From Nitrospirota bacterium (GTDB lineage: Bacteria; Nitrospirota; Nitrospiria; 2-01-FULL-66-17): a stretch of 64,000 nt of DNA. The stretch's first letter is position 1. Each line of letters starts with the position of its first letter. Below the pieces are notes generated by a model, which did not search any database, was not told the origin of the DNA, and saw nothing but the letters and a program-made list of their open reading frames with translations. The stretch spans positions 146,032 to 210,031 of the forward strand of contig JBMOMC010000045.1 of assembly GCA_049325335.1 (NCBI GenBank), given 5' to 3'. The translations under genes and the position numbers were made by a program. Below are positions 8,699-21,300 of the stretch, one piece after another.

Positions 8699-10072
8699 CT
8701 ATTGTGCCGGGGCGTCAAATCTGGTTCCCCAGACCTGGCGCTGGTCGCCGAGAAATCGCTCCCACACGAGTACCGTGTGCCCGTTGGCCGTCGCCATGGC
8801 GGGATGACCGCTTTCACCTCCAATGTTCAGGACGCCGGTGCGCCGCCAGCCCGTTTCCTTCGAATCGCGACTCAACACAATGGCCGACCGGGTCCCCAGC
8901 AGGCCACGGCGCTCGGCCCACACGGCGTAGGCGGTGCCATCATGATCGAGCGCGACCTGAACATCCCAGCCCCGCGAAGACATCCGTGTCGGCTCGGACC
9001 ACCCCAGCCGGCGGTCAAATCGGCTCAACCACACATAGGAGTAGTCACAGTGGTGAGCGAGACAGCGCCGCTGCACCCACGCCGCGACGGCCTCACCGAG
9101 CCGGTTCATGGCGACTTGGGGATACACCGAGTCATCGTGCTGCCGTTCCACGGCCATCGGCGGATTCCAGGTACCGGTCGAATCGCGGTCGCGAGCATAC
9201 ACGCGGAAATCCGAACCTTCGAATTGGCGCCACACCACAACCGCACTGCCGTCCACGGAGAGCGCGACCTGCGCATGGAGTGCGTCTCCAACACCGAGAT
9301 CAAGCGTAGTGGCTGGCTCCCAGCCGTGGTCGGGCCCAGCGCTCGCGGCCACCACGCGGTACCGATCATCGCCCCATTGTGACCAGACAACCGCCGCCTC
9401 ACCGGCTCCACCTATCGCCAGACGCGGGCTGACGGCGGGACCTGACATCGTCGCCACAACCTCCTTGTCGCCCCAACCATGGTCAGGACGGTAGCGCAGG
9501 GCCCAGAGGCGCGTTTGTGGGTTGTCCTTCTCTTTCCATAAAACCATCGCGCCGCCCGATGAGGGTTCCATGGCGAGCGCGGGTTCGGCTCCACCCCGCC
9601 CGCTGATTTGCGTCGCGGGCGTACATCCCACATCCACATCGCAGCGGGTGGCGAACACGGCTCCGATTCCATGACGCGCTTCCACCCATACGACGATGGC
9701 ATGCCCACGGCGGTCCATCGCGAGTCGCACATCTGATGCCGTCGCGTCTTGTGAGCTCACGATGAACGGCTGTTGCCATCCGGCTCCGGGTACATACCAG
9801 CTTGCCAACAGCGCCAGACCCGTGGCGTCCCGCGCGATCCACGCCGCCAGGCCATTCCCGGTGTCATCGACAGCGGCAGATGGTGAGAATCCTCCAAACC
9901 CTGATCCGGTATCGGCGTGCAGCATACTCGTCGCCAAATTTCCAGTGGCGGTCGGATTCAACAACTGGCAGGCTGTCAAGGATAGGGATGCGTACCCGAG
10001 CATCACTAACGGGAGAACGCGACTCAGTCTAACAGACGGAGACGGTCTGGCAGGGTGCTGAGAAAGTCCCAT
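8699..10072 (-). CDS. Putative lipoprotein with about 8 repeats of ~50 aa (beta-propeller-like)
   Basis: Lipobox LTAC; recurring PxxAxDxxGxAxVVW...W units; start codon uncertain. Confidence 0.7.
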   Translation of the reverse strand: MGLSQHPARPSPSVRLSRVLPLVMLGYASLSLTACQLLNPTATGNLATSMLHADTGSGFGGFSPSAAVDDTGNGLAAWIARDATGLALLASWYVPGAGWQQPFIVSSQDATASDVRLAMDRRGHAIVVWVEARHGIGAVFATRCDVDVGCTPATQISGRGGAEPALAMEPSSGGAMVLWKEKDNPQTRLWALRYRPDHGWGDKEVVATMSGPAVSPRLAIGGAGEAAVVWSQWGDDRYRVVAASAGPDHGWEPATTLDLGVGDALHAQVALSVDGSAVVVWRQFEGSDFRVYARDRDSTGTWNPPMAVERQHDDSVYPQVAMNRLGEAVAAWVQRRCLAHHCDYSYVWLSRFDRRLGWSEPTRMSSRGWDVQVALDHDGTAYAVWAERRGLLGTRSAIVLSRDSKETGWRRTGVLNIGGESGHPAMATANGHTVLVWERFLGDQRQVWGTRFDAPAQ

Positions 10073-10199
10073 GACGGAGAGTCCCATTCTGGTATACAGG
10101 CGCCGTCCTTCCGGGGGGTGCGCGATGTGTGGCAGCCAGGACCCTCAGAGCGGGTTGTTCAGTTACGTGGCCCCGGAGCACCGCTGCGCATCCCCAAGA

Positions 10200-10221
10200 C
10201 GGGGGCGGGAGACCGCCCCCG
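10200..10221 (-). terminator. GC-rich hairpin just downstream of clpB
   Basis: CGGGGGCGG-GAGA-CCGCCCCCG perfect 9-bp stem; no U tract. Confidence 0.45.
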
Positions 10222-10226
10222 CTGCA

Positions 10227-12827
<2,601 letters not shown>

Positions 12828-12872
12828 CGCACGCCCCCCTCCGCTCCATCATCAAGACCGCGACTACCGAAC

Positions 12873-13259
12873 CTATCCGCGGCGAATAGATACGGGAATC
12901 GCCCGCGAGGCGGGCGGTTCCGCGTGCAATCGCTCGTGGCGGTTGGCGAGTTCACGCGTCATTCGCTCATGCCACTCCTGCATCCACCCTTGGATCACGG
13001 ACGCGACATCCTGCACGTGATCCTGCAACTCGAGAATCTTGGCCACGCCCGCGAGGTTGATCCCCTCATCCCGCGTGAGATGCACGATCAGTTTGACCCG
13101 TTCAACGTCGCGGTCCGAATACAACCTGGTCTTCCCGCTACTGCGCGATGGCTTCAGCAACCCCTCGCGCTCGTACATCCGTAACGTCTGCGGATGCACC
13201 CCGGCAAGCGCCGCCACCCCGCCGATGTGGTACATCGGCCGCGCCCCATCCTCGGACAT
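12873..13259 (-). CDS. hspR: MerR-family heat-shock repressor HspR
   Basis: VHPQTLRMYEREGLLKPSRS...RLYS...GINLAGV; lies between hsp20 and clpB. Confidence 0.85.
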   Translation of the reverse strand: MSEDGARPMYHIGGVAALAGVHPQTLRMYEREGLLKPSRSSGKTRLYSDRDVERVKLIVHLTRDEGINLAGVAKILELQDHVQDVASVIQGWMQEWHERMTRELANRHERLHAEPPASRAIPVSIRRG

Positions 13260-13263
13260 CAGA

Positions 13264-13704
13264 TCACTTGACCTCCACGGTGATCGACCGACTGGAACCT
13301 TGGGTCCGCTTAGGCAGCCGCACTTCAAGAATCCCGTCTTTGAGCCGGGCTTCCACGCGCTCTTGGTCGATTGTTGACGGCAACGTGAACGAACGACTGA
13401 AATTGCCGTACGCGCGCTCGATCCGGAAATAGTGTTCTTTCTTGACCGCGTTTTCGATCGTACGTTCGCCCCGAAATGTCAGCACATTGTCGCGGATCTG
13501 CAGCTCAACGTCCTCGAGGTCCACACCCGGCACTTCGGCCATGAGGACAATCTCGGACTCGGTCTCCAAAATATCGACCGCCGGACTCCAGTGAGCGGGA
13601 CGTTCGTCAGGCTGTTTCGCCGTACCACGAGCCAAGGATTCTTCGAACAATTGGTTCATGCGATCCTGCAGCGATAACAAGTCTTTAAACGGTTCCCAGC
13701 GCAT
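13264..13704 (-). CDS. Hsp20/alpha-crystallin family protein
   Basis: WSPAVDI, IERAYGNFSRSFTLP, ARLKDGILEVRLPK. Confidence 0.95.
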   Translation of the reverse strand: MRWEPFKDLLSLQDRMNQLFEESLARGTAKQPDERPAHWSPAVDILETESEIVLMAEVPGVDLEDVELQIRDNVLTFRGERTIENAVKKEHYFRIERAYGNFSRSFTLPSTIDQERVEARLKDGILEVRLPKRTQGSSRSITVEVK

Positions 13705-13743
13705 GGAGGCTCCTTTTTATTTAGAAAATATAAACTTAGTGTC

Positions 13744-13772
13744 ACTATAAAACATGATTGTATCGATGTCAA
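13744..13772 (-). promoter_or_regulatory. Sigma70-type promoter of hsp20-hspR-clpB
   Basis: Minus strand TTGACA-17 nt-TATAGT, then an AT-rich leader and AGGAG RBS. Confidence 0.8.
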
Positions 13773-13841
13773 GAAATGGCGACAGCGGAATCAACGGGTT
13801 TTGACGGCTGTCAGCACCGTATGATACGTTTACCAACCGTG

Positions 13842-14528
13842 ATGTCGGGACGCACGTTCATTGCCGCGGGACTTATTGTCGCCATCGCCGGCCTGGGATT
13901 TCCTGGTCTTGCTCCCGCCGATACGCAGATCTTTCGGTACGTCGCACCGGACGGCTCGATCCACTACGCGAATGCCCCCATGACCGGCAGTTACCGTCCG
14001 TACTCCATGCGGTCCGACGTCGGATTCTCCAGGCTGAAACCGGGGAAAGTCCACCGAAGCCGGTATTACACGCTGATCGACAAAACCGCGCGCGATCATC
14101 AGATGGATCCCGCCCTCATTCGAGCCGTGGTCAAAGCGGAATCCGATTATGACCCGCAGGCCGTCTCGTCAGCCGGCGCGCTGGGTTTGATGCAGCTCAT
14201 GCCGGGCACGGCGCAGGATTTGGCCGTGCGGAACCCGTTCGATCCGGAGGAAAACGTACGCGGGGGGGTACAATACCTCCGCTATCTCTTAACCAGGTTC
14301 AACGGAGACACGGCCCTCGCAGTGGCCGCGTATCACGCGGGCGAACAGAACGTGGAGCGACACAACGGCGTTCCACCAATCGAGGCCACCAAAGCGTACG
14401 TCAAACGCGTGCTCACCTACCACAAGCAATACCGGCAGACCATGCCGGAGACCGAACCCGCGATCTACCGCGTACGTTCAGGCGACGCGGTGCACTACAC
14501 CACGACTCCGCCCCCCGACTACCGCTGA
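13842..14528 (+). CDS. Soluble lytic transglycosylase (SLT domain, N-terminal DUF4124-like)
   Basis: AVVKAES, GALGLMQLMP, AAYHAG motifs and a signal peptide; start uncertain (13821 is possible). Confidence 0.9.
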   Translation: MSGRTFIAAGLIVAIAGLGFPGLAPADTQIFRYVAPDGSIHYANAPMTGSYRPYSMRSDVGFSRLKPGKVHRSRYYTLIDKTARDHQMDPALIRAVVKAESDYDPQAVSSAGALGLMQLMPGTAQDLAVRNPFDPEENVRGGVQYLRYLLTRFNGDTALAVAAYHAGEQNVERHNGVPPIEATKAYVKRVLTYHKQYRQTMPETEPAIYRVRSGDAVHYTTTPPPDYR

Positions 14529-14634
14529 CCGGTCGTGACACCCCCGACTGAAGAGCCGAGCGCACCGCGTTGTTCGCGGTGAACACCGAACACCCGCGAC
14601 ACTCGCCGTCGCAACAGACCGGCAACCTTTCTTT

Positions 14635-16188
14635 CTAACCAACCGATTCCTCACGGGACACGGAGATGTGTCGCCGCCAACCCGGTCCCTTCACCGGGGA
14701 ATCCCGGCGGAAATGACAGCCGAGACTGCCACGACGTTCGAGGGCCGAGCCGGCGACCAACGCCGCAACCAATCGGAGATTTTTCACTTCCATCGCCTCG
14801 CGCGAGCGAAACATCGTGTCGTCCAGCCACGACTCCCGACGCAGGCCGTCGAGCGCGCGGCGGATCGAGGCGGCGCTCCGCACGATTCCCACGCCCTCCC
14901 ACATCAGACGACGCACGCTCTCGCGGATCGCGGCCAATCGCGCACGGTCCACCCCCTCCACCGGGGCCGGCACTTCCGCGTGGACCGCTGATCCTGAGCG
15001 CAATCCGCACGCACGCGCGGCCGCCGAGCCCGCGCGCGCGCCGAACACCAGTCCTTCCAGCAACGAGTTGCTGGCCAGGCGATTGGCGCCGTGCACCCCG
15101 CTACAGGCCGCCTCGCCCACGGCGTACAGCCCCGGCACGCTCGTTCGACCACGGACGTCGGTCTTGATCCCGCCGATCATGAAGTGCGCGGCTGGCGCCA
15201 CCGGAATCGGCGCGGCGGCGATGTCCACCCCGTATCGTCGGCAGGTCTTGGCGATCAAGGGGAACCGATCCCATAACCAGGCGCGAGGCAACGCGGTGAC
15301 GTCCAGAAACACGTGATCGTTCCCGCTGAGCGCCATCTCCTCCCAAATCGCCTGCGCCACCACGTCGCGCGGGGCCAGATCGCGCCGCACGTCGTACCGC
15401 GCCATAAACGCCTCTCCCGCCGCGTTGCGCAAGATCGCGCCTTCGCCCCGCATCGCCTCCGACAATAAAAACGGCGGCGCGCCGGGCACCGCCAACGCGG
15501 TCGGGTGGAACTGGACGAACTCCAAATCTTCGAGCACGGCGCCCGCCCGATACGCCATCGCCAGCCCGTCGCCGGTCGCGACCGCGGGATTGGTCGTGCG
15601 CCAATACGCTTGCCCGATCCCGCCGGTGGCCAAAATCACGGCGCCGGCGCGAATCACGCGAAAACGCCCGCGATCAAGCACCCGCACGCCGACGCATCGG
15701 CCCTTCTCCACGCACAAATCCACCGAGAACACTCCGGCCGCGGCGGTGATGCGCGGGTGGGACTGAACGAGCCGGAGCAACACCGTGGTCATTTCCTTGC
15801 CGATGCGGTCACCTCCCGCGCGCAGGATCCGTCGGCGGGAGTGCGCACCCTCGTGCGCCTTGGCGTACCGCCGTCCGTCGCGATCGAAACGAACGCCCCA
15901 GCGAATCAGCTCCCGCACGCGCCGCTCGCCCTCATCGACCAAGATCCGCACGGCCTCCGGCCGACACAGTCCGCGACCGGTCCGCAACGTATCCGCGACG
16001 TGCGAGTCCCGCTCCTCGCGGCCGCCGAGCGCCACCGCGATGCCGCCCTGCGCGTAGGCACTGTTGCTCTTATTCCCCCGTTCTTTGTTGATGATGAGGA
16101 CGCGCCGAGTCCTGGCGGCGGCGATGGCCGCTCGCAGGCCGGCCACGCCGCCGCCCACGATGAGAACATCCGTTGATGCAGGCACCAC
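14635..16188 (-). CDS. nadB: L-aspartate oxidase
   Basis: GGGVAG, SAYAQGGIA, EGAHSRRRI, QFHPT, GVHGANRLASNSLLE. Confidence 0.95.
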   Translation of the reverse strand: MVPASTDVLIVGGGVAGLRAAIAAARTRRVLIINKERGNKSNSAYAQGGIAVALGGREERDSHVADTLRTGRGLCRPEAVRILVDEGERRVRELIRWGVRFDRDGRRYAKAHEGAHSRRRILRAGGDRIGKEMTTVLLRLVQSHPRITAAAGVFSVDLCVEKGRCVGVRVLDRGRFRVIRAGAVILATGGIGQAYWRTTNPAVATGDGLAMAYRAGAVLEDLEFVQFHPTALAVPGAPPFLLSEAMRGEGAILRNAAGEAFMARYDVRRDLAPRDVVAQAIWEEMALSGNDHVFLDVTALPRAWLWDRFPLIAKTCRRYGVDIAAAPIPVAPAAHFMIGGIKTDVRGRTSVPGLYAVGEAACSGVHGANRLASNSLLEGLVFGARAGSAAARACGLRSGSAVHAEVPAPVEGVDRARLAAIRESVRRLMWEGVGIVRSAASIRRALDGLRRESWLDDTMFRSREAMEVKNLRLVAALVAGSALERRGSLGCHFRRDSPVKGPGWRRHISVSREESVG

Positions 16189-16200
16189 GCGAGGGGGGAA

Positions 16201-16647
16201 TTACGGCGTGACGGCCGGAGCAAACGGCATGTCGCCGACCACGGCCGTCAGCAGGACGCGCTCGCGCGTCTGAACGATGAACCGAGCGGCGCCCTGCCGC
16301 ACCACCGGGTCGCGTCCGGGCCCGCGCCATCGCCCGTCCCATCGGACATACACCGTGGCGGTGTCGGCGTCCAGATGGATTCGCTCGATCGTCACCGGCA
16401 AGTCGATGTCATCGAATCCGGCGGCCGCGGCCTCGACGGTGCGCTGCAGCGCATCGCGGTCGGCGAACGACGGCGCAATACCCGCCATGACGGCGGCCGC
16501 GTCGCGACGTTCATAGGCGCGACTCAGGTCGGCGACGAACCCGGCCACGGACTGTACCCGCCGCCCGTCTTCGGTCAGCTTGGGCGCGCCCGCGCACGCG
16601 CTGAGCACCGCCAGCAACACGACCGCCACTCGACATCCCCTCGCCAT
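16201..16647 (-). CDS. Hypothetical lipoprotein (NTF2-like fold inferred)
   Basis: Lipobox LSAC; co-oriented with and directly upstream of nadB. Confidence 0.65.
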   Translation of the reverse strand: MARGCRVAVVLLAVLSACAGAPKLTEDGRRVQSVAGFVADLSRAYERRDAAAVMAGIAPSFADRDALQRTVEAAAAGFDDIDLPVTIERIHLDADTATVYVRWDGRWRGPGRDPVVRQGAARFIVQTRERVLLTAVVGDMPFAPAVTP

Positions 16648-16760
16648 GCGGCGCATTATAAAAACCTCGCCACCCACGGTCAAGCACGACGCGGCTTGCA
16701 TTCCGTCGGGCAATCGCCCTACAATGCGCGCCACACTGTGGAACTGGTCGAGGAACCCGT

Positions 16761-16850
16761 ATGTCACGAGTCGTCAAAAAGCGCCGCAAAAAAATGCGCA
16801 AGCACAAATACAAGAAGCTGCGCAAAAAGATGCGCCACAAGCGTAAATAA
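16761..16850 (+). CDS. Small basic ribosomal protein bS22-like (AURKAIP1/COX24, DUF1713 family), 29 aa; not in the ORF track
   Basis: MSRVVKKRRKKMRKHKYKKLRKKMRHKRK*; GAGGA RBS; upstream TTGCAT-18 nt-TACAAT. Confidence 0.88.
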   Translation: MSRVVKKRRKKMRKHKYKKLRKKMRHKRK

Positions 16851-16892
16851 CTCGTCCTGGCGCGGGTTCGCGGTTTTTGGTACGCTGATCGG

Positions 16893-18263
16893 GTGTTAGG
16901 TCGTCTCCCTTGGCCCCGCCAGCTCACGCGGGGCATCGCGGCGATCACCGTCGCCGCGATCGTTCTATGGGGCTGCGTTACCGCACCGGAACACACGTCG
17001 CAGGCTGAATCCAGCCAACCGACGCCGTCCAAAGCGTACGGTCGCGCCTTTCTCGCCGAAGCGCGACAGACGTTTCGGTTCATCCTGGACCCGGACGTGA
17101 CCGGCCCGGTCCAGGCCACGGGCGCACGACTCGTCCGCTCCATGGGGGAAGACGTCGAGGCCGTCCATTTTTTCGTCGTTGACGAGCCCCAACCCAACGC
17201 GTTCGTGGTGCCGGGAGGTTACGTCTTCGTCTTCTCCGGCCTCCTCGCCAAACTCTCGGACGAAGAAGAACTCGCGGGGGTGCTGGCTCACGAACTGGGC
17301 CACGTCTCCTACAATCATTTCTTTCAGAACCGCAACCAGGTGCTCGCGCTCAACCTCGCCACGGTCGCGGCGTTGTTGCTGAGCGGAGGCCACCCCGCCG
17401 CGCTCGCCTTCGGCCTCGGCGCCGACTACCACCTGAAGCTCGCCTACAGCCGCGACAACGAGAACGAGGCCGATGCCGCGGCCGTGAAATTCCTGCGCCG
17501 AGCCGGATATGATCCGTCCGGGCTCGCCCGATTTTTTCGCACGCTCGAGATTTACGAACGGTTCAATCCGCCGCTGGTTCCCGCCTACTTCACCACGCAC
17601 CCCGGCGTATCCGATCGGCTACGGGTGGTTGAAACCATGATCGCTGGGACCCCACCGCCGCCCAGCGCTCCCCGCGCGGAAGTTATTGACTGGGGGCGGC
17701 TCAAAGCCAGCCTGAACGCGCCCCCGGATGAACAGGCCGCGACGCCGCGCGACCGCTACCTTCGCGGCGTCTATTTCGCAAAGAACCACCGTGTGACTCC
17801 CGCTATCACGGAGTTTCGTGCCGTCCTGGCAGCGGACCCTCGTCACGGCACGGCGCGCGCGGAATTGGCGTGGGCGCTCTTACTGGATCAACACCGGGAC
17901 GACGCGCGCCGGGAAGCGCGCCGCGCGCAACAAGACGCCCCCGAAAGCGCCGGCCCCTATCTCGTGCTCGGCATTCTGGCGCAAGACGCGGGCGATCATC
18001 GGGAAGCCGTCCGGTATTTTCAGGACGCCGTGACGCGGGCGCCCGAGGACCCCACCACGCACCTTCGTCTGGCGAGCTCATACGCCGCGTTGAACGACCC
18101 CGCGCGCGAGCGGTACCATCTGGGGCGACATCTCCGCCTGTCATTAATGCCGGAACGCGCCGCGGCGCTGTACCAGCAACTCTTAACAACGCCCGGAGCC
18201 GACCCTGAGCTCAAACGCGCCGCGGAACACGAGATCCAGATCATCACGCGCGAAGGTATTTGA
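16893..18263 (+). CDS. M48 family metalloprotease with TPRs (BepA-like lipoprotein)
   Basis: PNAFVVPGG, LAHELGH, YSRDNENEAD, THP; C-terminal TPR-like helices. Confidence 0.9.
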   Translation: MLGRLPWPRQLTRGIAAITVAAIVLWGCVTAPEHTSQAESSQPTPSKAYGRAFLAEARQTFRFILDPDVTGPVQATGARLVRSMGEDVEAVHFFVVDEPQPNAFVVPGGYVFVFSGLLAKLSDEEELAGVLAHELGHVSYNHFFQNRNQVLALNLATVAALLLSGGHPAALAFGLGADYHLKLAYSRDNENEADAAAVKFLRRAGYDPSGLARFFRTLEIYERFNPPLVPAYFTTHPGVSDRLRVVETMIAGTPPPPSAPRAEVIDWGRLKASLNAPPDEQAATPRDRYLRGVYFAKNHRVTPAITEFRAVLAADPRHGTARAELAWALLLDQHRDDARREARRAQQDAPESAGPYLVLGILAQDAGDHREAVRYFQDAVTRAPEDPTTHLRLASSYAALNDPARERYHLGRHLRLSLMPERAAALYQQLLTTPGADPELKRAAEHEIQIITREGI

Positions 18264-18280
18264 GCCTCCCGCGCAGTTGC

Positions 18281-18310
18281 TTGACAAGGTTCGCCGTGAT
18301 TTCTTATAGT
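18281..18310 (+). promoter_or_regulatory. Putative sigma70 promoter of yceD-rpmF-plsX
   Basis: TTGACA-18 nt-TATAGT, 19 nt upstream of the ATG. Confidence 0.65.
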
Positions 18311-18329
18311 CAGCGCGCTGTTTACGGCC

Positions 18330-18872
18330 ATGAAGGCATTGCCGATCCGGCTCTCTGACATTCCGGCCGAGGGCGTGTCCCTGGCGTTTCACTGCGACCC
18401 GCCCCTTCTGGACCCCTTGGGTGAGGGGGTGAATCTCCTTGAGCCGGTTGCGGTCTCGCTTCGGATTACCCCGCAGGACGATCGATATTTTATCGAGGGG
18501 ACGGTTCGCGGGAAGGTGCGGATCGATTGTGATCGCTGCGCCGCCCCCGTCACCTTGGCCGTGAACGCGCCGTGCGCGCTGGACGCAGTCCCGGCGCCGA
18601 CCGGAACCGAGTCCGGAGAAAGCGGCGGCCTCGGTCGAGGGGAGTTGGACGTGATGTTCGTGCCCGGCGCATTGTTGAACATGGAGGATTTGGTCCGGGA
18701 ACAACTGCTGCTGCAGGTCCCGATGCGGGTGTTGTGCCGGGAGGGTTGCGCCGGCCTCTGCCCGCGCTGTAGGAAGAATCTCAACGCGGGTCCGTGCGGA
18801 TGTCCGGCGACACCCGACATCGACCCGAGGCTGGAAATACTCAAGAAGGTCCGGCGCATCCCGGAAAGTTGA
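18330..18872 (+). CDS. yceD: DUF177/YceD family protein
   Basis: CDRC, LCREGCAGLCPRC...NLN...C.C...DPRL; upstream of rpmF. Confidence 0.9.
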   Translation: MKALPIRLSDIPAEGVSLAFHCDPPLLDPLGEGVNLLEPVAVSLRITPQDDRYFIEGTVRGKVRIDCDRCAAPVTLAVNAPCALDAVPAPTGTESGESGGLGRGELDVMFVPGALLNMEDLVREQLLLQVPMRVLCREGCAGLCPRCRKNLNAGPCGCPATPDIDPRLEILKKVRRIPES

Positions 18873-18929
18873 TCGCACAGCAGTGGGCGTGCCCCGGGTG
18901 GGACCCCGCAGCGTAACGTAAGGACGAAC

Positions 18930-19112
18930 ATGGCCAATCCAAAACACAAAATCTCCCGTGCGCGGCGCGATAAACGCCGCGCGCACCACGCGTTGGGCGC
19001 TCCGACGCTCACCACGTGCCCGCAATGCCGGGAACCCAAACTCCCCCATCGGGTCTGTCCGTCCTGCGGCACCTACCGCGGGCGCGACGTGATCCCGGTC
19101 AAAGAGGTTTAA
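18930..19112 (+). CDS. rpmF: 50S ribosomal protein L32
   Basis: [19 protein letters not shown]...CPQC...[14 protein letters not shown]. Confidence 0.97.
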   Translation: MANPKHKISRARRDKRRAHHALGAPTLTTCPQCREPKLPHRVCPSCGTYRGRDVIPVKEV

Positions 19113-19127
19113 CCCGTCCCGATCCGC

Positions 19128-20228
19128 GTGGCTTCGCACACGTCGCCAGGCGGAAGCCCGGAACACAGCCCACCCATCAGCGCGCAACCGCCTCCGTCGG
19201 CGTCGACCGCCGTCACCACGATCGCGGTCGACGCGATGGGTGGAGACGCCGGCCCCGCGGCCGTGGTGGAGGGCGCGATTCTGGCGGCTGCGGACCCGCG
19301 CGTCGGGTTGATCTTGGTCGGTGACGAAGCCAAACTCCGAACCGAACTCGCGAAACACCCGATATTTCCCCGCATCCGCACCATCCACGCCCCATCGGTC
19401 GTGGCCATGGAAGATAGCGCATCCTCGGTCGTCCGCCGGCGGCGGGACTCCTCGATTTGGCGCGCCACGGAACTGGTCAAATCCGGCGAGGCCTCGGCCG
19501 TGGTCAGCGCGGGGCACACCGGCGCCTCGATGGCCACCGCGTTTTTCCTGTTGGGCACCCTGCAGGGCGTGGAACGCCCGGCCATCGCCACCATCCTCCC
19601 CACCAAGAGCGGCCGCGCGGTGTTGTTGGACGTGGGCGCCAACGTGGACTCCAAGCCGCAACATCTGGTCCAATTCGCCATTATGGGCCACGTGTACGCG
19701 CAACGCATGCTCGCCGCGGCGCCCCCCCGAGTCGGCCTGTTGAGCATCGGCGAAGAGGACACCAAAGGCAACGAACTGACCAAGGAAACGTTCAAGCTGC
19801 TTAAGCAGACGCAGATCAACTTCATCGGCAATGTGGAAGGCCGCGACGTCTACACCGGGACCGCCGACGTGGTGGTCTGCGACGGGTTCATCGGCAACGT
19901 CGCGCTCAAACTCAGCGAAGGCCTCGCGGAAACCATCATGCAGGTGCTGCGGCGCGAGATCACGGCGTCGCTCCTGGGCCGTGTGGGCTTTCTCCTGTTG
20001 CGCCCCGCGTTCCGCCGCTTCAGACGCCGCGTGGATTACGCGGAGTACGGCGGCGCGCCCCTGTTGGGCGTCAACGGCGTGTCGATCATCTGCCACGGCC
20101 GCTCCTCGCCCAAGGCGATCAAGAACGCGATTCTGGTCGCGCGCGACTTTGTCGCGGGCCAGGTGAACCGACACATTCGCGACGACATCGAACGGCACCT
20201 GCACCGCGCGCCCGGAGCCGTCGGATGA
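19128..20228 (+). CDS. plsX: Phosphate acyltransferase PlsX
   Basis: IAVDAMGGD, LLDVGAN, VCDGFIGN, YGGAPLLG. Confidence 0.97.
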   Translation: MASHTSPGGSPEHSPPISAQPPPSASTAVTTIAVDAMGGDAGPAAVVEGAILAAADPRVGLILVGDEAKLRTELAKHPIFPRIRTIHAPSVVAMEDSASSVVRRRRDSSIWRATELVKSGEASAVVSAGHTGASMATAFFLLGTLQGVERPAIATILPTKSGRAVLLDVGANVDSKPQHLVQFAIMGHVYAQRMLAAAPPRVGLLSIGEEDTKGNELTKETFKLLKQTQINFIGNVEGRDVYTGTADVVVCDGFIGNVALKLSEGLAETIMQVLRREITASLLGRVGFLLLRPAFRRFRRRVDYAEYGGAPLLGVNGVSIICHGRSSPKAIKNAILVARDFVAGQVNRHIRDDIERHLHRAPGAVG

Positions 20229-21214
20229 CGGCCGCGACGCGATCGCGCATCGTGGGCACGGGCTCGTACGTGCCCGAGCGTGTGATGACCAACGCGGACA
20301 TCGAGCGCTTGGTGGAGACGTCCGATCAATGGATCGTCGAGCGCACCGGCATCCGCGAACGCCGCATCGCCGACCCGTCCGAAGCCACGTCCGATCTCGC
20401 GGCGGCCGCCGCGACCCGGGCGCTGGAGGCCGCGGGGGTCCACGCGCCGGACCTGGACCTGGTCTTGGTCGCCACCGCCACGCCCGATATGTTGTTTCCG
20501 GCCACGGCGTGCCTGGTGCAAGCGCGGCTCGGGGCCAAACGGGCGTTCGCGTTCGACCTCTCAGCCGCGTGCACCGGGTTTCTCTACGGATTGTCGGTCG
20601 CAGATCAGTACCTGCGATCCGGCGCCGCGCGCACGGTGCTGTTGGTGGGCGCCGAGGTGCTCTCGCGCGTCACGGACTGGACCGATCGCGCCACCTGTAT
20701 CCTGTTCGGCGACGGCGCCGGGGCCGTGGTCCTGCGCGCGGAGCGCGGCGAGCGCGGCGTCCTGTCCACGCACATCCACGCCGACGGCTCGATGTGGGAC
20801 TTTATCCACGTGCCCGGCGGCGGATCGCGTCACCCCCCGTCCGAAGACACGCTCGTGCGCGGCCTGCAATTTCTCCGGATGAAGGGCAGCGAGACCTTCA
20901 AGGTCGCGGTGCGCACGCTGGAAGAGACGTCGCTGGAAGCCCTCAAGGCCAACGGACTCACGATCGCGGACGTCCGGTGGCTGATCCCGCACCAAGCCAA
21001 TCGGCGCATCATCGAAGCCGTGGGCGCACGCTTGGGCCTGCCCCCCGAGCGCGTGGTGATGAATCTCGAGCGGGTAGGCAACACCTCCGCGGCCTCAATC
21101 CCCATCGCGCTGGACGAGTTGATCCGTCGCAACGGCGTGAACGCCGACGACATCCTCCTGTTCGCCGCGTTCGGCGCCGGATTGACGTGGGGATCCGCCG
21201 CGGTGCGCTGGTAG
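20225..21214 (+). CDS. fabH: 3-oxoacyl-ACP synthase III
   Basis: AACTGF, LFGDGAGA, PHQAN, GNTSAAS. Confidence 0.97.
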   Translation: MTAATRSRIVGTGSYVPERVMTNADIERLVETSDQWIVERTGIRERRIADPSEATSDLAAAAATRALEAAGVHAPDLDLVLVATATPDMLFPATACLVQARLGAKRAFAFDLSAACTGFLYGLSVADQYLRSGAARTVLLVGAEVLSRVTDWTDRATCILFGDGAGAVVLRAERGERGVLSTHIHADGSMWDFIHVPGGGSRHPPSEDTLVRGLQFLRMKGSETFKVAVRTLEETSLEALKANGLTIADVRWLIPHQANRRIIEAVGARLGLPPERVVMNLERVGNTSAASIPIALDELIRRNGVNADDILLFAAFGAGLTWGSAAVRW

Positions 21215-21300
21215 CCGCCGCGCCATGACGTCGGGAACGCGAATCGCTTGACAAGCCGCCTGGTTTTCAGCAATATCAGGCCACCGTTGACCCGGATTTT

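Noticed and set aside
10090..10190. Possible riboswitch upstream of the propeller lipoprotein
   Set aside because: GC-rich pairing is possible, but no known aptamer consensus was recognised.
14555..14610. Short hairpin and GAACACC repeats between the convergent slt and nadB genes
   Set aside because: Too short and degenerate to separate from an ordinary bidirectional terminator region.
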